Part shown: piece by piece, positions 17,442 to 27,960 of the stretch
How positions within the stretch are numbered: the first letter of the stretch is position 1
How the letters are laid out: each line of letters begins with the position of its first letter
From: Candidatus Jordarchaeales archaeon
GTDB lineage: Archaea > Asgardarchaeota > Jordiarchaeia > Jordiarchaeales > Freyrarchaeaceae
Direction of reading: 5' to 3'
Length of the DNA: 32,000 nucleotides
NCBI GenBank assembly: GCA_038858525.1
Contig: JAWCFL010000009.1
Span: forward strand, 19,937 to 51,936
Made by a program: the position numbers and the translations under genes
Notes under the pieces: generated by a model
Seen by the model: only the letters and a program-made list of their open reading frames with translations
Databases searched by the model: none
Told to the model about the DNA's origin: nothing

Positions 17442-19124
17442 GTGAAGATGAGTGGAGCGAAAGCCTTTATAGAAGCCCTTAAGAGGGAGAACGTTAAGCT
17501 GATATTCGGTTTACCTGGAGGAGCAATCCTCCCCGTTTATGACGCTCTATATGATGACGGTGAGATAAGGCATGTACTGGCGAGGCATGAGCAGGGAGCG
17601 GCTCACATGGCTGATGCCTACGCTAGGGTTAGCGGTAGGGTTGGCGTATGCATGGTGACCTCAGGTCCCGGAGCAACGAACACTGTAACTGGGATCGCCG
17701 TTGCCCACATGGACAGCTCCCCGATGGTCACCATAACGGGACAGGTCGCAACATCCATGATAGGAAGGGACGCGTTCCAGGAGGCGGACATCGTCGGAAT
17801 AACTACTCCGATAACCAAAGAGACCTTTCAGCCAAGAAAAGCCAGAGAGGTCCCACGCATCGTTAAAGCGGCTTTTTACATAGCCTCTACGGGAAGACCC
17901 GGACCAGTGCTCATAGATCTTCCAAGGGACGTCCAGACTGAAGAGTGCGAAATGGAGTTCCCGGAGAAGGTTGAGCTATTAGGTTACAGGGTTAAAATGG
18001 AGCCTGACCCGCTCCAGGTTAGGCGTGCTGTTGAAGCGCTGATGAACGCTGAGAAACCCATAATAATCGCTGGCGGAGGCGTGATACTCTCAAACGCCAG
18101 TCATGAGCTCCGATCCCTCTCAGAGCATCTCATGATTCCAGTTGCAACTACACTTATGGGTAAGGGGGCTATGCCTGAAAACCACCCTCTTTGCCTTGGA
18201 ATGATCGGAATGCATGGGAGGTATGAGGCAAACAAGCTCGTCACCGAGGCAGACGTAATCTTAGCTGTTGGGACAAGGTTTTCTGATAGGTCCACGGGGA
18301 AGTTTAGCGAGTTCGCCCAAGATGCCAGAATAATACACGTCGACATAGACCCCGCAGAGATATCGAAGAACGTGCCAGCCCACATACCAATAATATGCGA
18401 CGCGAAGATAGGGCTCTCAATGATTCTGGAGGAGGCTAAAAGGAGAATAAAGAAGTCCTCTAACTCGAAGTGGGTTAAGAGAATAGAGGAAGTTAAGGAG
18501 GAGGCGCGTTCAGTGTATGACCTTGAGGGCGACCTCAAGCCGGGGGTCTTAATGAAGATGCTGAGAAAAATGCTGCCTGAAAACGCAATAGTTACGACGG
18601 GTGTTGGCCAGAACCAGATGTGGGCTGCGCTATTCTTTGACGTTTATCATCCTCGAACATTCATAACGTCAGGTGGCCTGGGAGCTATGGGGTTCGGCTT
18701 CCCAGCAGCTGTGGGAGCAAGGGCTGCGGCTCCGGATAGGGTAGTTGTCGATGTAGATGGGGATGGAAGCTTCATGATGACCGGCAAAGAGCTTGCCACG
18801 TCTGTAGCCGAGGAGCTACCAGTTATAGCGGTTATACTTAACAATGGATGGCTCGGAATGGTTAAGCAGTGGCAGTGTCTTTTCTACGGGAAGAGGTATA
18901 TTGCGACGAACTTGAAGGGTAACCCTGACTTCGCTAAGCTTGCCGAGGTTTACGGGGCGCAGGGCTTCACTGTTTACTCCTACGATGACTTTGAAAGCGC
19001 TATGAGTGAGAGCTTAGGCTGCGAGGTCTCGTCAGTAATAGACGTGAAGATATCCCCCGACGAGAAGGTGTTCCCCTTTGTGCCTCCAGGAAAAAGCCTG
19101 AAGGAGATGATTCTTCATGAGTAG
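17442..19124 (+). CDS. ilvB: Acetolactate synthase large subunit
   Basis: FGLPGGAIL, RHEQGAAHMADAYAR, TSGPGATN and the ThDP motif GDGSF...NN. Confidence 0.96.
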   Translation: MKMSGAKAFIEALKRENVKLIFGLPGGAILPVYDALYDDGEIRHVLARHEQGAAHMADAYARVSGRVGVCMVTSGPGATNTVTGIAVAHMDSSPMVTITGQVATSMIGRDAFQEADIVGITTPITKETFQPRKAREVPRIVKAAFYIASTGRPGPVLIDLPRDVQTEECEMEFPEKVELLGYRVKMEPDPLQVRRAVEALMNAEKPIIIAGGGVILSNASHELRSLSEHLMIPVATTLMGKGAMPENHPLCLGMIGMHGRYEANKLVTEADVILAVGTRFSDRSTGKFSEFAQDARIIHVDIDPAEISKNVPAHIPIICDAKIGLSMILEEAKRRIKKSSNSKWVKRIEEVKEEARSVYDLEGDLKPGVLMKMLRKMLPENAIVTTGVGQNQMWAALFFDVYHPRTFITSGGLGAMGFGFPAAVGARAAAPDRVVVDVDGDGSFMMTGKELATSVAEELPVIAVILNNGWLGMVKQWQCLFYGKRYIATNLKGNPDFAKLAEVYGAQGFTVYSYDDFESAMSESLGCEVSSVIDVKISPDEKVFPFVPPGKSLKEMILHE

Positions 19125-19641
19125 CAACGGGATGCACGTGATAGTCACGCTTGTCGAGGACAAGCCGGGAGTCCTCTTCAAGGTTACCAGCTTGATAAGA
19201 AGGCGGAACTTCAACATAGCAACTATAACGGTCGGCTCAACAGAGCAAGAGGGAATATCCCGCATGACCTTCACGATATACGGGCAGGAAGAGGAGCTGA
19301 GGCAAGTGGTCTACCAGCTCGACAAGCTTGTAGAGGTTATAAGCATAGTCTCGATGAAGCCGGAAAATATGGTAATCAGAGAGCTTGCGCTCATAAAGAT
19401 GGTGATGCCGAACAACGGGCTCCAAACCGAGGTCATAGAGAAGATTAACAGATACAGGGGTCACGTGGTAGACATGACGCCGAGGACAATCACCGTTGAG
19501 CTCGTCGACACGCCTGAAAAAATAGACAGCTTCATAAGAGAGATAGGGAAGATAAATATCGTCGAGATAGCTAGGACGGGGATAACAGCAGTTGTTAAGG
19601 GCGCCGAGCCAACGATAAAGGAGGTGGGTGTGAATGGCTAA
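19117..19641 (+). CDS. ilvN: Acetolactate synthase small (regulatory) subunit
   Basis: ACT domain VEDKPGVL...RRNFNI and EIARTG; overlaps ilvB and ilvC. Confidence 0.94.
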   Translation: MSSNGMHVIVTLVEDKPGVLFKVTSLIRRRNFNIATITVGSTEQEGISRMTFTIYGQEEELRQVVYQLDKLVEVISIVSMKPENMVIRELALIKMVMPNNGLQTEVIEKINRYRGHVVDMTPRTITVELVDTPEKIDSFIREIGKINIVEIARTGITAVVKGAEPTIKEVGVNG

Positions 19642-20620
19642 AATCTTTAAGGACGCGGATGTTGACTCATCAATACTTAACGGACGAACAGTAGCGGTGA
19701 TAGGTTACGGAAGCCAAGGAAGAGCCCAAGCCCTTAACTTGAAGGACAGCGGAGTGAATGTCTTAGTCGGCCTTAGGAAGGGAAAGTCCTGGGATGCTGC
19801 CTCATCAGACGGACTTAGAGTGCTTGAAATAAGCGAAGCCGTCAAAAAAGCCGACGTCATCCTCATGCTCATCCCAGACATGGTTCAACCCGAAGTTTAC
19901 GAGGAGCACGTGGCGCCGAACATTAAGAGGGGAGCAGCACTAGGATTCGCCCACGCCTTCAACATATATTACGGCCTGATAAAGCCGCCTGAGACTGTTG
20001 ACGTCTTCATGGTTGCCCCCAAGAGTCCGGGCGCTATGGTTAGGGAGCTCTACGTTCAGGGGTTTGGGGCGCCAGCACTAGTCGCGGTCCACCAAGACTA
20101 CACAGGAAACGCTATGAAGATAGCCTTGGCAGTAGCCAAGGCGATAGGCGCAACTAGGGCTGGGGTCATAGAGACAACTTTCAAGGAAGAGGTCGAAACG
20201 GACCTCATAGGTGAGCAGTGCGTTCTTGTCGGGGGACTTATGGAGCTCATAAAGAAAGGTTTCGAGGTTCTCGTGGAAGAAGGATACCAGCCTGAAGTGG
20301 CTTACTTCGAAGTGCTTAACGAGGCGAAGCTCATAATGGACATGATATATAGGGGCGGCATGACCGGCATGCTGAAGGCGGTTAGCGACACAGCCAAATA
20401 CGGGGGGCTAACCATTGGCCCAAAGGTGATCGATGACAAGGTCAAGAAGAACATGAAGGAAGCAGCAAAAAGGGTCAAAAACGGGTCATTTACGGAGGAG
20501 TGGGTTAAAGAGTACAAGTCAGGGCAGAAGAAGCTTAAGGAACTGATGGATAAGATGGCAAGCCACCAAATAGAAGTTGTGGGAAGAACACTGAGAAAGC
20601 TGGCTGGAATAGAAAAGTAG
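19634..20620 (+). CDS. ilvC: Ketol-acid reductoisomerase
   Basis: [34 protein letters not shown] and SDTAKYG. Confidence 0.97.
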   Translation: MAKIFKDADVDSSILNGRTVAVIGYGSQGRAQALNLKDSGVNVLVGLRKGKSWDAASSDGLRVLEISEAVKKADVILMLIPDMVQPEVYEEHVAPNIKRGAALGFAHAFNIYYGLIKPPETVDVFMVAPKSPGAMVRELYVQGFGAPALVAVHQDYTGNAMKIALAVAKAIGATRAGVIETTFKEEVETDLIGEQCVLVGGLMELIKKGFEVLVEEGYQPEVAYFEVLNEAKLIMDMIYRGGMTGMLKAVSDTAKYGGLTIGPKVIDDKVKKNMKEAAKRVKNGSFTEEWVKEYKSGQKKLKELMDKMASHQIEVVGRTLRKLAGIEK

Positions 20621-20660
20621 AACTTCTGTTTTTCCTCTCTATTTTCCTGGAGGTTTTGGT

Positions 20661-22331
20661 TTGAGGAGTGAGGAGGTTAAGAGGGGAGTTGAGAGGGCGC
20701 CTCACAGAGCACTTCTCAAGGCGCTCGGCGTAACAGATGAAGACCTTGACAAACCATTCATAGCAGTGGTTAACAGTTACAGTGAGATTGTTCCGGGGCA
20801 CATTCACCTGAAAAGGCTTGCAGACCTCGTCAAGCTGGGTGTGGTGTCGGCTGGAGGCGTGCCCTTCGAGGTTAACACTATAGCGATATGCGACGGGATA
20901 GCGATGGGGCACGCTGGGATGCATTATTCTCTCCCGTCAAGAGAAGTCATAGCGGACTCTGTCGAGCTCGTAGTTGAAGCCCACAGATTTGATGGCGTGG
21001 TCCTAATAACCAACTGCGACAAGATAACGCCCGGCATGTTAATGGCAGCCGCCAGGATAAATATTCCGTCAATAGTCTTGACGGGGGGCCCGATGCCGTC
21101 TGGAAGCTATAAAGGTCAGAGGATAGGCGTTGCAAGCATGTTCGAGGCTGTCGGCCGCTATAAAAGAGGAGAGCTCACGCTGGAGGAGCTGAAATCGATG
21201 GAAAGCGCCGCTTGTCCAGGGGCTGGTTCCTGTAACGGCTTGTTCACCGCCAACACCATGGCTTGCGTGACTGAAGCGCTTGGAATGTCCCTTCCAGGGT
21301 GCGCTACGGCTCAAGCCTGCTCCGCAAAGAAGGAGCGGATAGCTGTTGAAACAGGCAGGCTGGCGGTTAGAATAGTGGAGGAGGAAATTAGGCCTAGAGA
21401 CGTGATGAGTGAAGACGCCTTCAGGAATGCCATAGCGGTTGATGTGGCTCTTGGAGGCTCAACCAACACTGTGCTCCATCTTCCAGCTATAGCGGCGGAA
21501 GCCGGAGTGAAGCTGAGCATCGACGTTTTCGAGGAGGTGAGCAGGTCAACTCCGCAGTTATGCACTATAGTTCCTGGAGGAAGCCACACGATGGAGGACT
21601 TGGAGGAGGCTGGCGGCATACCGGCCGTGCTGTCAGAGCTGAAGAGCCACCTTAACCTTGACGCCAAAGCAGTCTACGGCACGCTTAGGGACTCTGCTGC
21701 TAGGGCTAGCGTTTTGAGAAGGGACGTGATAAGGCCGGTCAGCAACCCCGTTAGAAGACATGGATCGATAGCTATTCTCAAGGGAACTCTCGCACCCGAA
21801 GGGAGCGTGATAAAGCTCTCAGGATTAAGGGACGAAAACGTCGTCATGGAGGGGCCAGTCAGGGTTTTCGATGGTGAGGAACTATGCATGAAAGCCGTAA
21901 TGAGCGGGGAGATCGATGAAGGCGACATACTGGTTATAAGGTATGAGGGTCCACGTGGCGGACCGGGAATGAGGGAGATGCTCTCCGTGACCGCCGCGGT
22001 ATCCGGCATGGGGTTGGGAGAGAAAGTCGCCCTCCTCACTGATGGGCGCTTCTCGGGTGCGACGAGAGGGATAAGCATAGGGCACATTTCTCCGGAGGCA
22101 GCAGAAGGTGGACCAATATCGCTCTTGGAGGATGGCGACATTGTTAGAATAAGCCTTCCAGAGAGGAGGCTCGACGTTCTCCTGCCGAGAGAAGAACTGG
22201 AGGAAAGGAGGAAAAAGTGGAGTTGGTCTCCTCCCGGACACGCGATGAAAGGCTACCTCAAAAGGTACATGAACTCTGTTTCATCCGCCAGCTCGGGCGC
22301 CATCCTTAGGGCTTGTGTCTCTTCCTTCTAG
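20661..22331 (+). CDS. ilvD: Dihydroxy-acid dehydratase
   Basis: [36 protein letters not shown] and TDGRFSGAT. Confidence 0.97.
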   Translation: MRSEEVKRGVERAPHRALLKALGVTDEDLDKPFIAVVNSYSEIVPGHIHLKRLADLVKLGVVSAGGVPFEVNTIAICDGIAMGHAGMHYSLPSREVIADSVELVVEAHRFDGVVLITNCDKITPGMLMAAARINIPSIVLTGGPMPSGSYKGQRIGVASMFEAVGRYKRGELTLEELKSMESAACPGAGSCNGLFTANTMACVTEALGMSLPGCATAQACSAKKERIAVETGRLAVRIVEEEIRPRDVMSEDAFRNAIAVDVALGGSTNTVLHLPAIAAEAGVKLSIDVFEEVSRSTPQLCTIVPGGSHTMEDLEEAGGIPAVLSELKSHLNLDAKAVYGTLRDSAARASVLRRDVIRPVSNPVRRHGSIAILKGTLAPEGSVIKLSGLRDENVVMEGPVRVFDGEELCMKAVMSGEIDEGDILVIRYEGPRGGPGMREMLSVTAAVSGMGLGEKVALLTDGRFSGATRGISIGHISPEAAEGGPISLLEDGDIVRISLPERRLDVLLPREELEERRKKWSWSPPGHAMKGYLKRYMNSVSSASSGAILRACVSSF

Positions 22332-22357
22332 TGGGAAATCTTTATTACTTTTCCCAC
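22331..22357 (+). promoter_or_regulatory. Inverted repeat GTGGGAAA-N11-TTTCCCAC enclosing a TATA-like TTTATTA; probable vapBC operator/promoter
   Basis: 8-bp perfect arms read directly, 25 bp upstream of the antitoxin ATG. Confidence 0.6.
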
Positions 22358-22381
22358 CATTTTTACCTGATCGGTGTTTCC

Positions 22382-22645
22382 ATGCTGGCATCCAGGGTTG
22401 ACTCTAAAAGGAGGATAAGGATCCCCAAAAAGGTTTTTGAGGCAATGGGCATAAGAGTGGGAGACATTGTCCGCTGGGTTCTAGTTGGGGAGCGTGTGGC
22501 GGCGGTAATCGCCGAGAAGGAAGAGGAGGAGAACGAAGTTCTAAGTTTCCTCGAAAACCTTCCCTCAAAAAAGATCGAGAGGACTGGAGAACCGGACTAT
22601 AAGGAGGCATCGAAGTCCGAGCTCTGGTTGGAGGAAGAAACTTGA
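22382..22645 (+). CDS. vapB: AbrB/MazE/SpoVT-family antitoxin
   Basis: SRVDSKRRIRIPKKVFEAMGIRVGD swapped-hairpin signature and an acidic C-terminus; overlaps the PIN gene. Confidence 0.85.
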   Translation: MLASRVDSKRRIRIPKKVFEAMGIRVGDIVRWVLVGERVAAVIAEKEEEENEVLSFLENLPSKKIERTGEPDYKEASKSELWLEEET

Positions 22646-23088
22646 GCATATTCTTCATAGATTCCGGAGTGGTTTGGCGCCTGTTAGACCCTCTTCACCC
22701 CGAAAGAGAACCCTGCCTTAGTGTGGCACGCCGATGCTTCTCGTCGAAGCCCGACTTCCTCATGGGGGTAAATTCCGTCGTGATAGTTGAGGCGATGATC
22801 AGCCTGGTTAAGCGCTCAAAAATATTACCTTCAACCGCCTCCTCAATAATTCATGATGGCTTTCTCAAAGCGAAGAGCCGAGTCCTAGTTTACAATGTTA
22901 CTAGGAACACGCTTCTGGAAGCGCTACGCCTCCAGCGGGAAAACGGAGAAGCCGAGTTCCCTGACTGCGTTATAGCTGCAACAATGAAGGAAAACAACAT
23001 TTCAACGATACTAACAACAAACCCGGAACACTTCGAAGCATTCAGCTTCGTGGAGAAAGCTATAGACCCGCGCTTCACAACGATATGA
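22642..23088 (+). CDS. vapC: PIN-domain ribonuclease toxin
   Basis: FIDSGV (D), VEAM (E), FPDCVIAATM (D) and ILTTN; coupled to the antitoxin. Confidence 0.85.
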   Translation: MSIFFIDSGVVWRLLDPLHPEREPCLSVARRCFSSKPDFLMGVNSVVIVEAMISLVKRSKILPSTASSIIHDGFLKAKSRVLVYNVTRNTLLEALRLQRENGEAEFPDCVIAATMKENNISTILTTNPEHFEAFSFVEKAIDPRFTTI

Positions 23089-23170
23089 ACTCCTCCTAGA
23101 AAAGCCCGAAAGCAGAAACTCGTCAATAAGCGATTAAAAGACAAAAGTAAAAGAAACTTTATTTGCCTGT

Positions 23171-24313
23171 GTGGTTGACCTTCATAGCGGTGGATCTAAA
23201 TTGGAGCTTGAAGGAGCTCGAAGCCGCGAGTCGCCTGAATATGTGAGGGTGAGCTTGGCTGCCGCTATCACTCTAGGCATGCGTCCCGGAAGCTTCTTTA
23301 GGGGAGCTAAGCTTTACTGTCTAAACCTGCTGCTGACGTATGATGATGGGTGCATCGGCAGGTGCGCCTACTGCGGGCTTTCAAGGTCTAGGGTCCCCGT
23401 GTCAGAGTGGGTTGAGCGCAGCTTCATACGGGTAGACTGGCCTGTTGTCTCCCTCAAGGAAGTCGTGGAGAGAGTTGCTGAAGGGGTGTGTCAGCACGTT
23501 GAGCGCGCTTGCGTCTCCATGGTCACGCATAGGAGGGCTAGGAGGGACACGCTGAAGGTTGTCGAGGCCGTTAAGAGCGCCATCGATGAGGTCTCAGCCC
23601 TAATCTCCCCCACCATAATAGACAAGGAATGGCTTTGGAGCCTTGAGAGCGCCGGCGTCGACAAGGTTGGAGTAGCTGTGGATGCCGCTACGCCTGAGCT
23701 GTTCGAGAAGCTTAGGGGGAGAGGCGTTGGAGGACCTCACAGGTGGGAGAAGTACTGGGAAACAGTTGAGGAATCCGTGGAGGTTTTCGGGGCATTCAAC
23801 GTCGGAATCCACCTAATAGTTGGGTTAGGTGAAATGGAGAGAGAAGCAGTTCGCGTCATTCAGACTGCCTACGATATTGGCGCGCTAACACATCTTTTCT
23901 CGTTCTTCCCAGAGGCGGGCTCCCTCCTAGAGTCGAAACCCCAGCCTCCCATAGGAAGCTACAGGAGAGTTCAGCTGGCAAGATACCTTATAAATAAGGG
24001 GCTTGCTAGGTATGAGGACATGGGGTTCGACCAGAGGGGGAGAATCATGGATTTCGGGGTCCCAGAAAGTGTTTACGTGAAGGTGGTTGAGAGCGGGCTT
24101 CCCTTCATGACCTCAGGCTGCTCCAGTAAAAACAGGGAGAACGCGTGTAACAGGCCGTTCTCAGACTTCACACCATACCAGGCATACCTGGGCGAAATAA
24201 GAAATTACCCTTTCAAGCCCGGCAAAGATGACGTGGAGATAATAAAGCGTCAGCTGGGAGATTACTCCGACACGCCAGTCAAGGTATGGGTGGAGGAGGC
24301 GATCGATGACTAG
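23171..24313 (+). CDS. lipS2: Radical SAM lipoyl synthase subunit LipS2
   Basis: GCIGRCAYC plus C-terminal TSGC...CNRP, matching the LipS2 TxGC..C(N/D)RP motif; clustered with lipS1 and a ligase. Possible TTG start at 23201. Confidence 0.78.
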   Translation: MVDLHSGGSKLELEGARSRESPEYVRVSLAAAITLGMRPGSFFRGAKLYCLNLLLTYDDGCIGRCAYCGLSRSRVPVSEWVERSFIRVDWPVVSLKEVVERVAEGVCQHVERACVSMVTHRRARRDTLKVVEAVKSAIDEVSALISPTIIDKEWLWSLESAGVDKVGVAVDAATPELFEKLRGRGVGGPHRWEKYWETVEESVEVFGAFNVGIHLIVGLGEMEREAVRVIQTAYDIGALTHLFSFFPEAGSLLESKPQPPIGSYRRVQLARYLINKGLARYEDMGFDQRGRIMDFGVPESVYVKVVESGLPFMTSGCSSKNRENACNRPFSDFTPYQAYLGEIRNYPFKPGKDDVEIIKRQLGDYSDTPVKVWVEEAIDD

Positions 24314-25307
24314 GGGGCTTAGCCGTCACCAAGTGGTTGACTACTGCTTCGAGTGTGGTTCAGAGGAACTAAGGCGCCTGCTAGGCGCCGCTTACAGGGT
24401 AAGATCCGAAAACTTCCCTAACACCATCCAGTTCTACTTTCCAGGTATGGTTCACTTCGAGGCGAGCTTTCACAGGGCGGTGAACCCCTACCGTTTCCCT
24501 GCGGTATCCGTGACTGGGAAAGCATGCCAGCTGAACTGCGACCACTGCAAAGGCAGACTGCTGAGAAGCATGATGCCGGCGAAAAAACCCAGGCAACTCT
24601 ATGAGGCTGCCTTGAAAGTGAAGAAGGAAGGAGGGGCTGGCGTCTTGGTTAGTGGTGGAAGCCTTGCTGACGGCAGCGTCCCCCTAAAACCGTTCTTCAG
24701 TGTGATGAGGAAAATTAAGGACGAGCTGGGCTTGAGCGTTGTTGTCCACACCGGGCTGGTTGACGAGGAGACCGCCGAGGGCCTTGCATCAGCCGGCGTG
24801 GATTGCGCCATGATAGACGTCGTCGGCTCCAACGAAACAATAAGGGAAATACTGCACCTGAACCGAGGCGTTGAGGAATATATTCGCTCGCTCGAGTTGC
24901 TCGAACTTCACGGTGTTCCGTTAGCCCCCCACATAGTGGTGGGGCTTCACAGGGGAATGTTGAGGGGGGAGAGGGAGGCGCTAAAGGCGATCTGCGAGAG
25001 AAAAGTTTCGGCCTTGGTCATCGTTGTCCTGACGCCCTTCGAGTCAACAGAGTCCCCGCCCTCCATAAGGGATGCGTTGAGGGTTATAGTCGCGGCAAGA
25101 ATGATGAAGCCGAAAACCCCCCTACTCTTGGGGTGCGCTAGGCCGAAAGGCAAGTATAAGGATGCGCTTGACGTTTTAAGCATAAAGGCTGGGGTGAACG
25201 GGATAGCCTACCCGTCTGAGGTGGCTTACCGTGTGGCAGTTAGACGCAACCTATCCGTTAAGCTTCACGACGAATGCTGCTCACTTGCTTGGAGGGATAC
25301 GAACTGA
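24306..25307 (+). CDS. lipS1: Radical SAM lipoyl synthase subunit LipS1
   Basis: CQLNCDHC, LGCARP (GC(M/A)R motif) and C-terminal ECC (CC motif). Confidence 0.8.
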   Translation: MTRGLSRHQVVDYCFECGSEELRRLLGAAYRVRSENFPNTIQFYFPGMVHFEASFHRAVNPYRFPAVSVTGKACQLNCDHCKGRLLRSMMPAKKPRQLYEAALKVKKEGGAGVLVSGGSLADGSVPLKPFFSVMRKIKDELGLSVVVHTGLVDEETAEGLASAGVDCAMIDVVGSNETIREILHLNRGVEEYIRSLELLELHGVPLAPHIVVGLHRGMLRGEREALKAICERKVSALVIVVLTPFESTESPPSIRDALRVIVAARMMKPKTPLLLGCARPKGKYKDALDVLSIKAGVNGIAYPSEVAYRVAVRRNLSVKLHDECCSLAWRDTN

Positions 25308-26905
25308 AGCCTGTTTGGCGTCTCCTAGACACCGGGCCTAGGACTGCCGCGGAGAACATGGCGCTTGACGAAGTGCTACTTGAGTGCAGGGCGATGGGTG
25401 TAAGCCCGAACACCTTCCGCCTCTTGAGGTTCAAACCTCCAGCAGTCCTAGTGGGCTACCATCAGGATGTCACTCAAGAGGTGAGATTGGACTACGTTGA
25501 AGAGAAGGGTATACATGTAAATAGGAGGATAACTGGTGGCGGCGCAATATACTTCGACGAAGAGTCAGTCGGCTGGGAAATCGTGGCTTCGAAAAGTAGC
25601 CTTCCACCGTATGGAAGCGTCGAGTCTCTCTTTAGGGTCATGTGTACCGGCGCCGTGAAGGCTCTGGAGAAGCTTGGGGTTAAGGCGTCTTTTCGCCCAA
25701 AGAACGACATAGAAGTTAAGGGGAGAAAGATCTCCGGGACAGGGGGAACGGAGAGGAGTGGAGCTATACTGTTTCAGGGGACGCTTCTAGTCGACTTTGA
25801 CGTTGAAACGATGATTAAGGCTTTGAGGGTTCCCGTTGTGAAGCTTAAGGACAAGGAGATACGGTCAGTGAGGGAGAGGGTCACCTGTCTTTCGTGGGAG
25901 CTAGGCTACAAGCCGACCTACGAGGAGGTTAAGAGATGCTTGGTAAGCGGCTTCGAGGAGGCGATGAGCGTGGAACTAAGGGAGGCGGGTCTCCTCGAGG
26001 AGGAGGAACGGATGCTTCGCGAGAAGTTACCGTACTTCCAGTCTGACGACTGGGTTTTCCTCGACAGGAAGTCGTCTGAAGAGCCAGCAGTCCTTTACTC
26101 CATAGCGAAGAAGCCTGGTGGACTGATAAGAGTGTCGCTGACGGTCGACAAGGAGGCGAAGATAATAAAGAGCTTACTCATAACGGGTGACTTCTTCGCT
26201 TTCCCACCTAGAGTAATATACGACCTTGAAGCATTCCTGAAGTTCTCGCCGTGCAACGAGGAGGAGATACGTGGAAAGGTAAGGAAGTTCTTTGAAGCGA
26301 GGGGGGAGTGCATCCTCGGAGTCTCCCCAGACGACATCGCCAACCTGATAATTGAAGCCGCTGGAAAACTCTCCTATGAAAGGTACGGGTTGAAGGGGGA
26401 CGAGTTGAACTACATATTCCCCGTCACGGAGAAGGCGTGGATGGTGCCGCTGGGTGAGTGCGACTACCTGCTACTCCCCTACTGCGCGAAGCACATAGAG
26501 TGCAGCTACAGGAGAGTTGAAGGTTGCGAGAAGTGCGGCGTCTGTAGCATTGGGGACGCTTACAGGATGGCTGAGGAGGCTGGGCTAACCCCAATCACCA
26601 TACAGAACTTCGAGCACCTCATGGAGGTCCTAAGCCTCATGAAGGAGAGAAAAATGAGGGGCTTCGTGGGGTGCTGCTGCGAGGCTTTCTACCAGAAGCA
26701 CAGGGACGAGCTTGAAGCGATGGGCGTTCCTGGAATCATAATAACGATAGACGACAAGACATGTTACGAGCTGGGGAAAAGCGAGGAAGCATACAGAGGA
26801 GACTTTGAAGCCCAGACGAGGATTAAACTGGGCACGTTATCCAAAATAATAGGTAGCATATGCAAGTTCAGGAGTGGAGGCAGAAATCCAGTTGAAGCTC
26901 TGTGA
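25274..26905 (+). CDS. lplA: Lipoate/octanoate-protein ligase (LplA+LplB domains) fused to a Cys-rich DUF116-like domain
   Basis: NMALDE, RRITGGGAIYFD, NDIEVKGRKISGTG, KKPGGLI...GDFF, then LPYCAK...C...CEKCGVC...GCCCEAF. Confidence 0.85.
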   Translation: MLLTCLEGYELKPVWRLLDTGPRTAAENMALDEVLLECRAMGVSPNTFRLLRFKPPAVLVGYHQDVTQEVRLDYVEEKGIHVNRRITGGGAIYFDEESVGWEIVASKSSLPPYGSVESLFRVMCTGAVKALEKLGVKASFRPKNDIEVKGRKISGTGGTERSGAILFQGTLLVDFDVETMIKALRVPVVKLKDKEIRSVRERVTCLSWELGYKPTYEEVKRCLVSGFEEAMSVELREAGLLEEEERMLREKLPYFQSDDWVFLDRKSSEEPAVLYSIAKKPGGLIRVSLTVDKEAKIIKSLLITGDFFAFPPRVIYDLEAFLKFSPCNEEEIRGKVRKFFEARGECILGVSPDDIANLIIEAAGKLSYERYGLKGDELNYIFPVTEKAWMVPLGECDYLLLPYCAKHIECSYRRVEGCEKCGVCSIGDAYRMAEEAGLTPITIQNFEHLMEVLSLMKERKMRGFVGCCCEAFYQKHRDELEAMGVPGIIITIDDKTCYELGKSEEAYRGDFEAQTRIKLGTLSKIIGSICKFRSGGRNPVEAL

Positions 26906-27929
26906 CTTGATCGTTGTTGGGGCTGGCCCGGCAGGCGTAGCAGCAGCTATAAAGTCGGCTGAAGCGGGTTACAGCACCATAATAGTCGAGAAGAGCGAGG
27001 GGCGGCGGAAGCCATGCGGAGGAGTTCTCACCACGGCGTGCATAGACGTCCTCTCACGTGAGTTAAACTTAAGTCTGCCCGAGAACGTTCTGAGCTCGCC
27101 CAGTAGCCTCAGCCTGTTCTACGTTTCCCCAAGCGGGTATGGGGGACGCGTGAGGAACTACAGTCTCGTGAACGTTGAAAGGCGTGCCTTCGACGAGTGG
27201 CTTAGAAGCGAGGCCTACGAGAGAGGAGCCAAACTGCTTTATGGCGCCAGCCTCGTGGACATCGAGCAGCGTGGCCGTGAAGTAATTGTTAACGTTAAAC
27301 ATAGGGGGCGAGTGGAGAAACTAGCGGCAAGGTTTCTAGTCGGGTCGGATGGGGCTCTCTCAAAAGTCAGAAGAGCACTTTATCCCGAAACGAGCTTTAA
27401 GCTGGCGTCCGTGGTTCAAGAGCACTGGGATGGTAATGGCGAGATCGAAGATTGCTTTTACATGCTTCTCTTGGGTTCTGACGTCACTCCTCTCTACGGC
27501 TACCTGATACCGAAGGGCTCCACATTAATCATTGGAGCGGGAGCACCGACGCTCAGAGAAGCCAGAGCCAGCCTCGCGAGGGTCAAGGATGCCCTAAAAG
27601 AAATGGACTTTAAGCCATACAGGTTGGTTAGGAAAGAACACTGGTTTATCCCTCAGGGAACAGTTCTGTATGGAGACGGAAACATTGTTCTGGCGGGTGA
27701 CGCTGGAGGCTTCTGCAACCCCTTCTCAGGTGAGGGAATCAGGTTCGCCCTTGAGACAGGGGCAGCCGCCGCACAAGCCTTGAAAAACGAAGACGGCTTC
27801 TCTGAAAGCTACAAGGGAGAAGTGGAGGAGATAGCATCCCTCATAAAGGTTCTTTCCCAATTTATGGTGAGATTAGATGACGAGGCAAGGGATGAATTTG
27901 TTAAACGCGAGCTCCGCAGATTCTTCTAG
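26874..27929 (+). CDS. Geranylgeranyl-reductase-family FAD oxidoreductase (LipT-like by context)
   Basis: VVGAGPAG, KPCGG and GDAGGFCNPFSGEGI; overlaps the ligase stop. Confidence 0.8.
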   Translation: MEAEIQLKLCDLIVVGAGPAGVAAAIKSAEAGYSTIIVEKSEGRRKPCGGVLTTACIDVLSRELNLSLPENVLSSPSSLSLFYVSPSGYGGRVRNYSLVNVERRAFDEWLRSEAYERGAKLLYGASLVDIEQRGREVIVNVKHRGRVEKLAARFLVGSDGALSKVRRALYPETSFKLASVVQEHWDGNGEIEDCFYMLLLGSDVTPLYGYLIPKGSTLIIGAGAPTLREARASLARVKDALKEMDFKPYRLVRKEHWFIPQGTVLYGDGNIVLAGDAGGFCNPFSGEGIRFALETGAAAAQALKNEDGFSESYKGEVEEIASLIKVLSQFMVRLDDEARDEFVKRELRRFF

Positions 27930-27960
27930 GAAAAAAGGGGTGGTCCTGTTTCGTCTTCAG

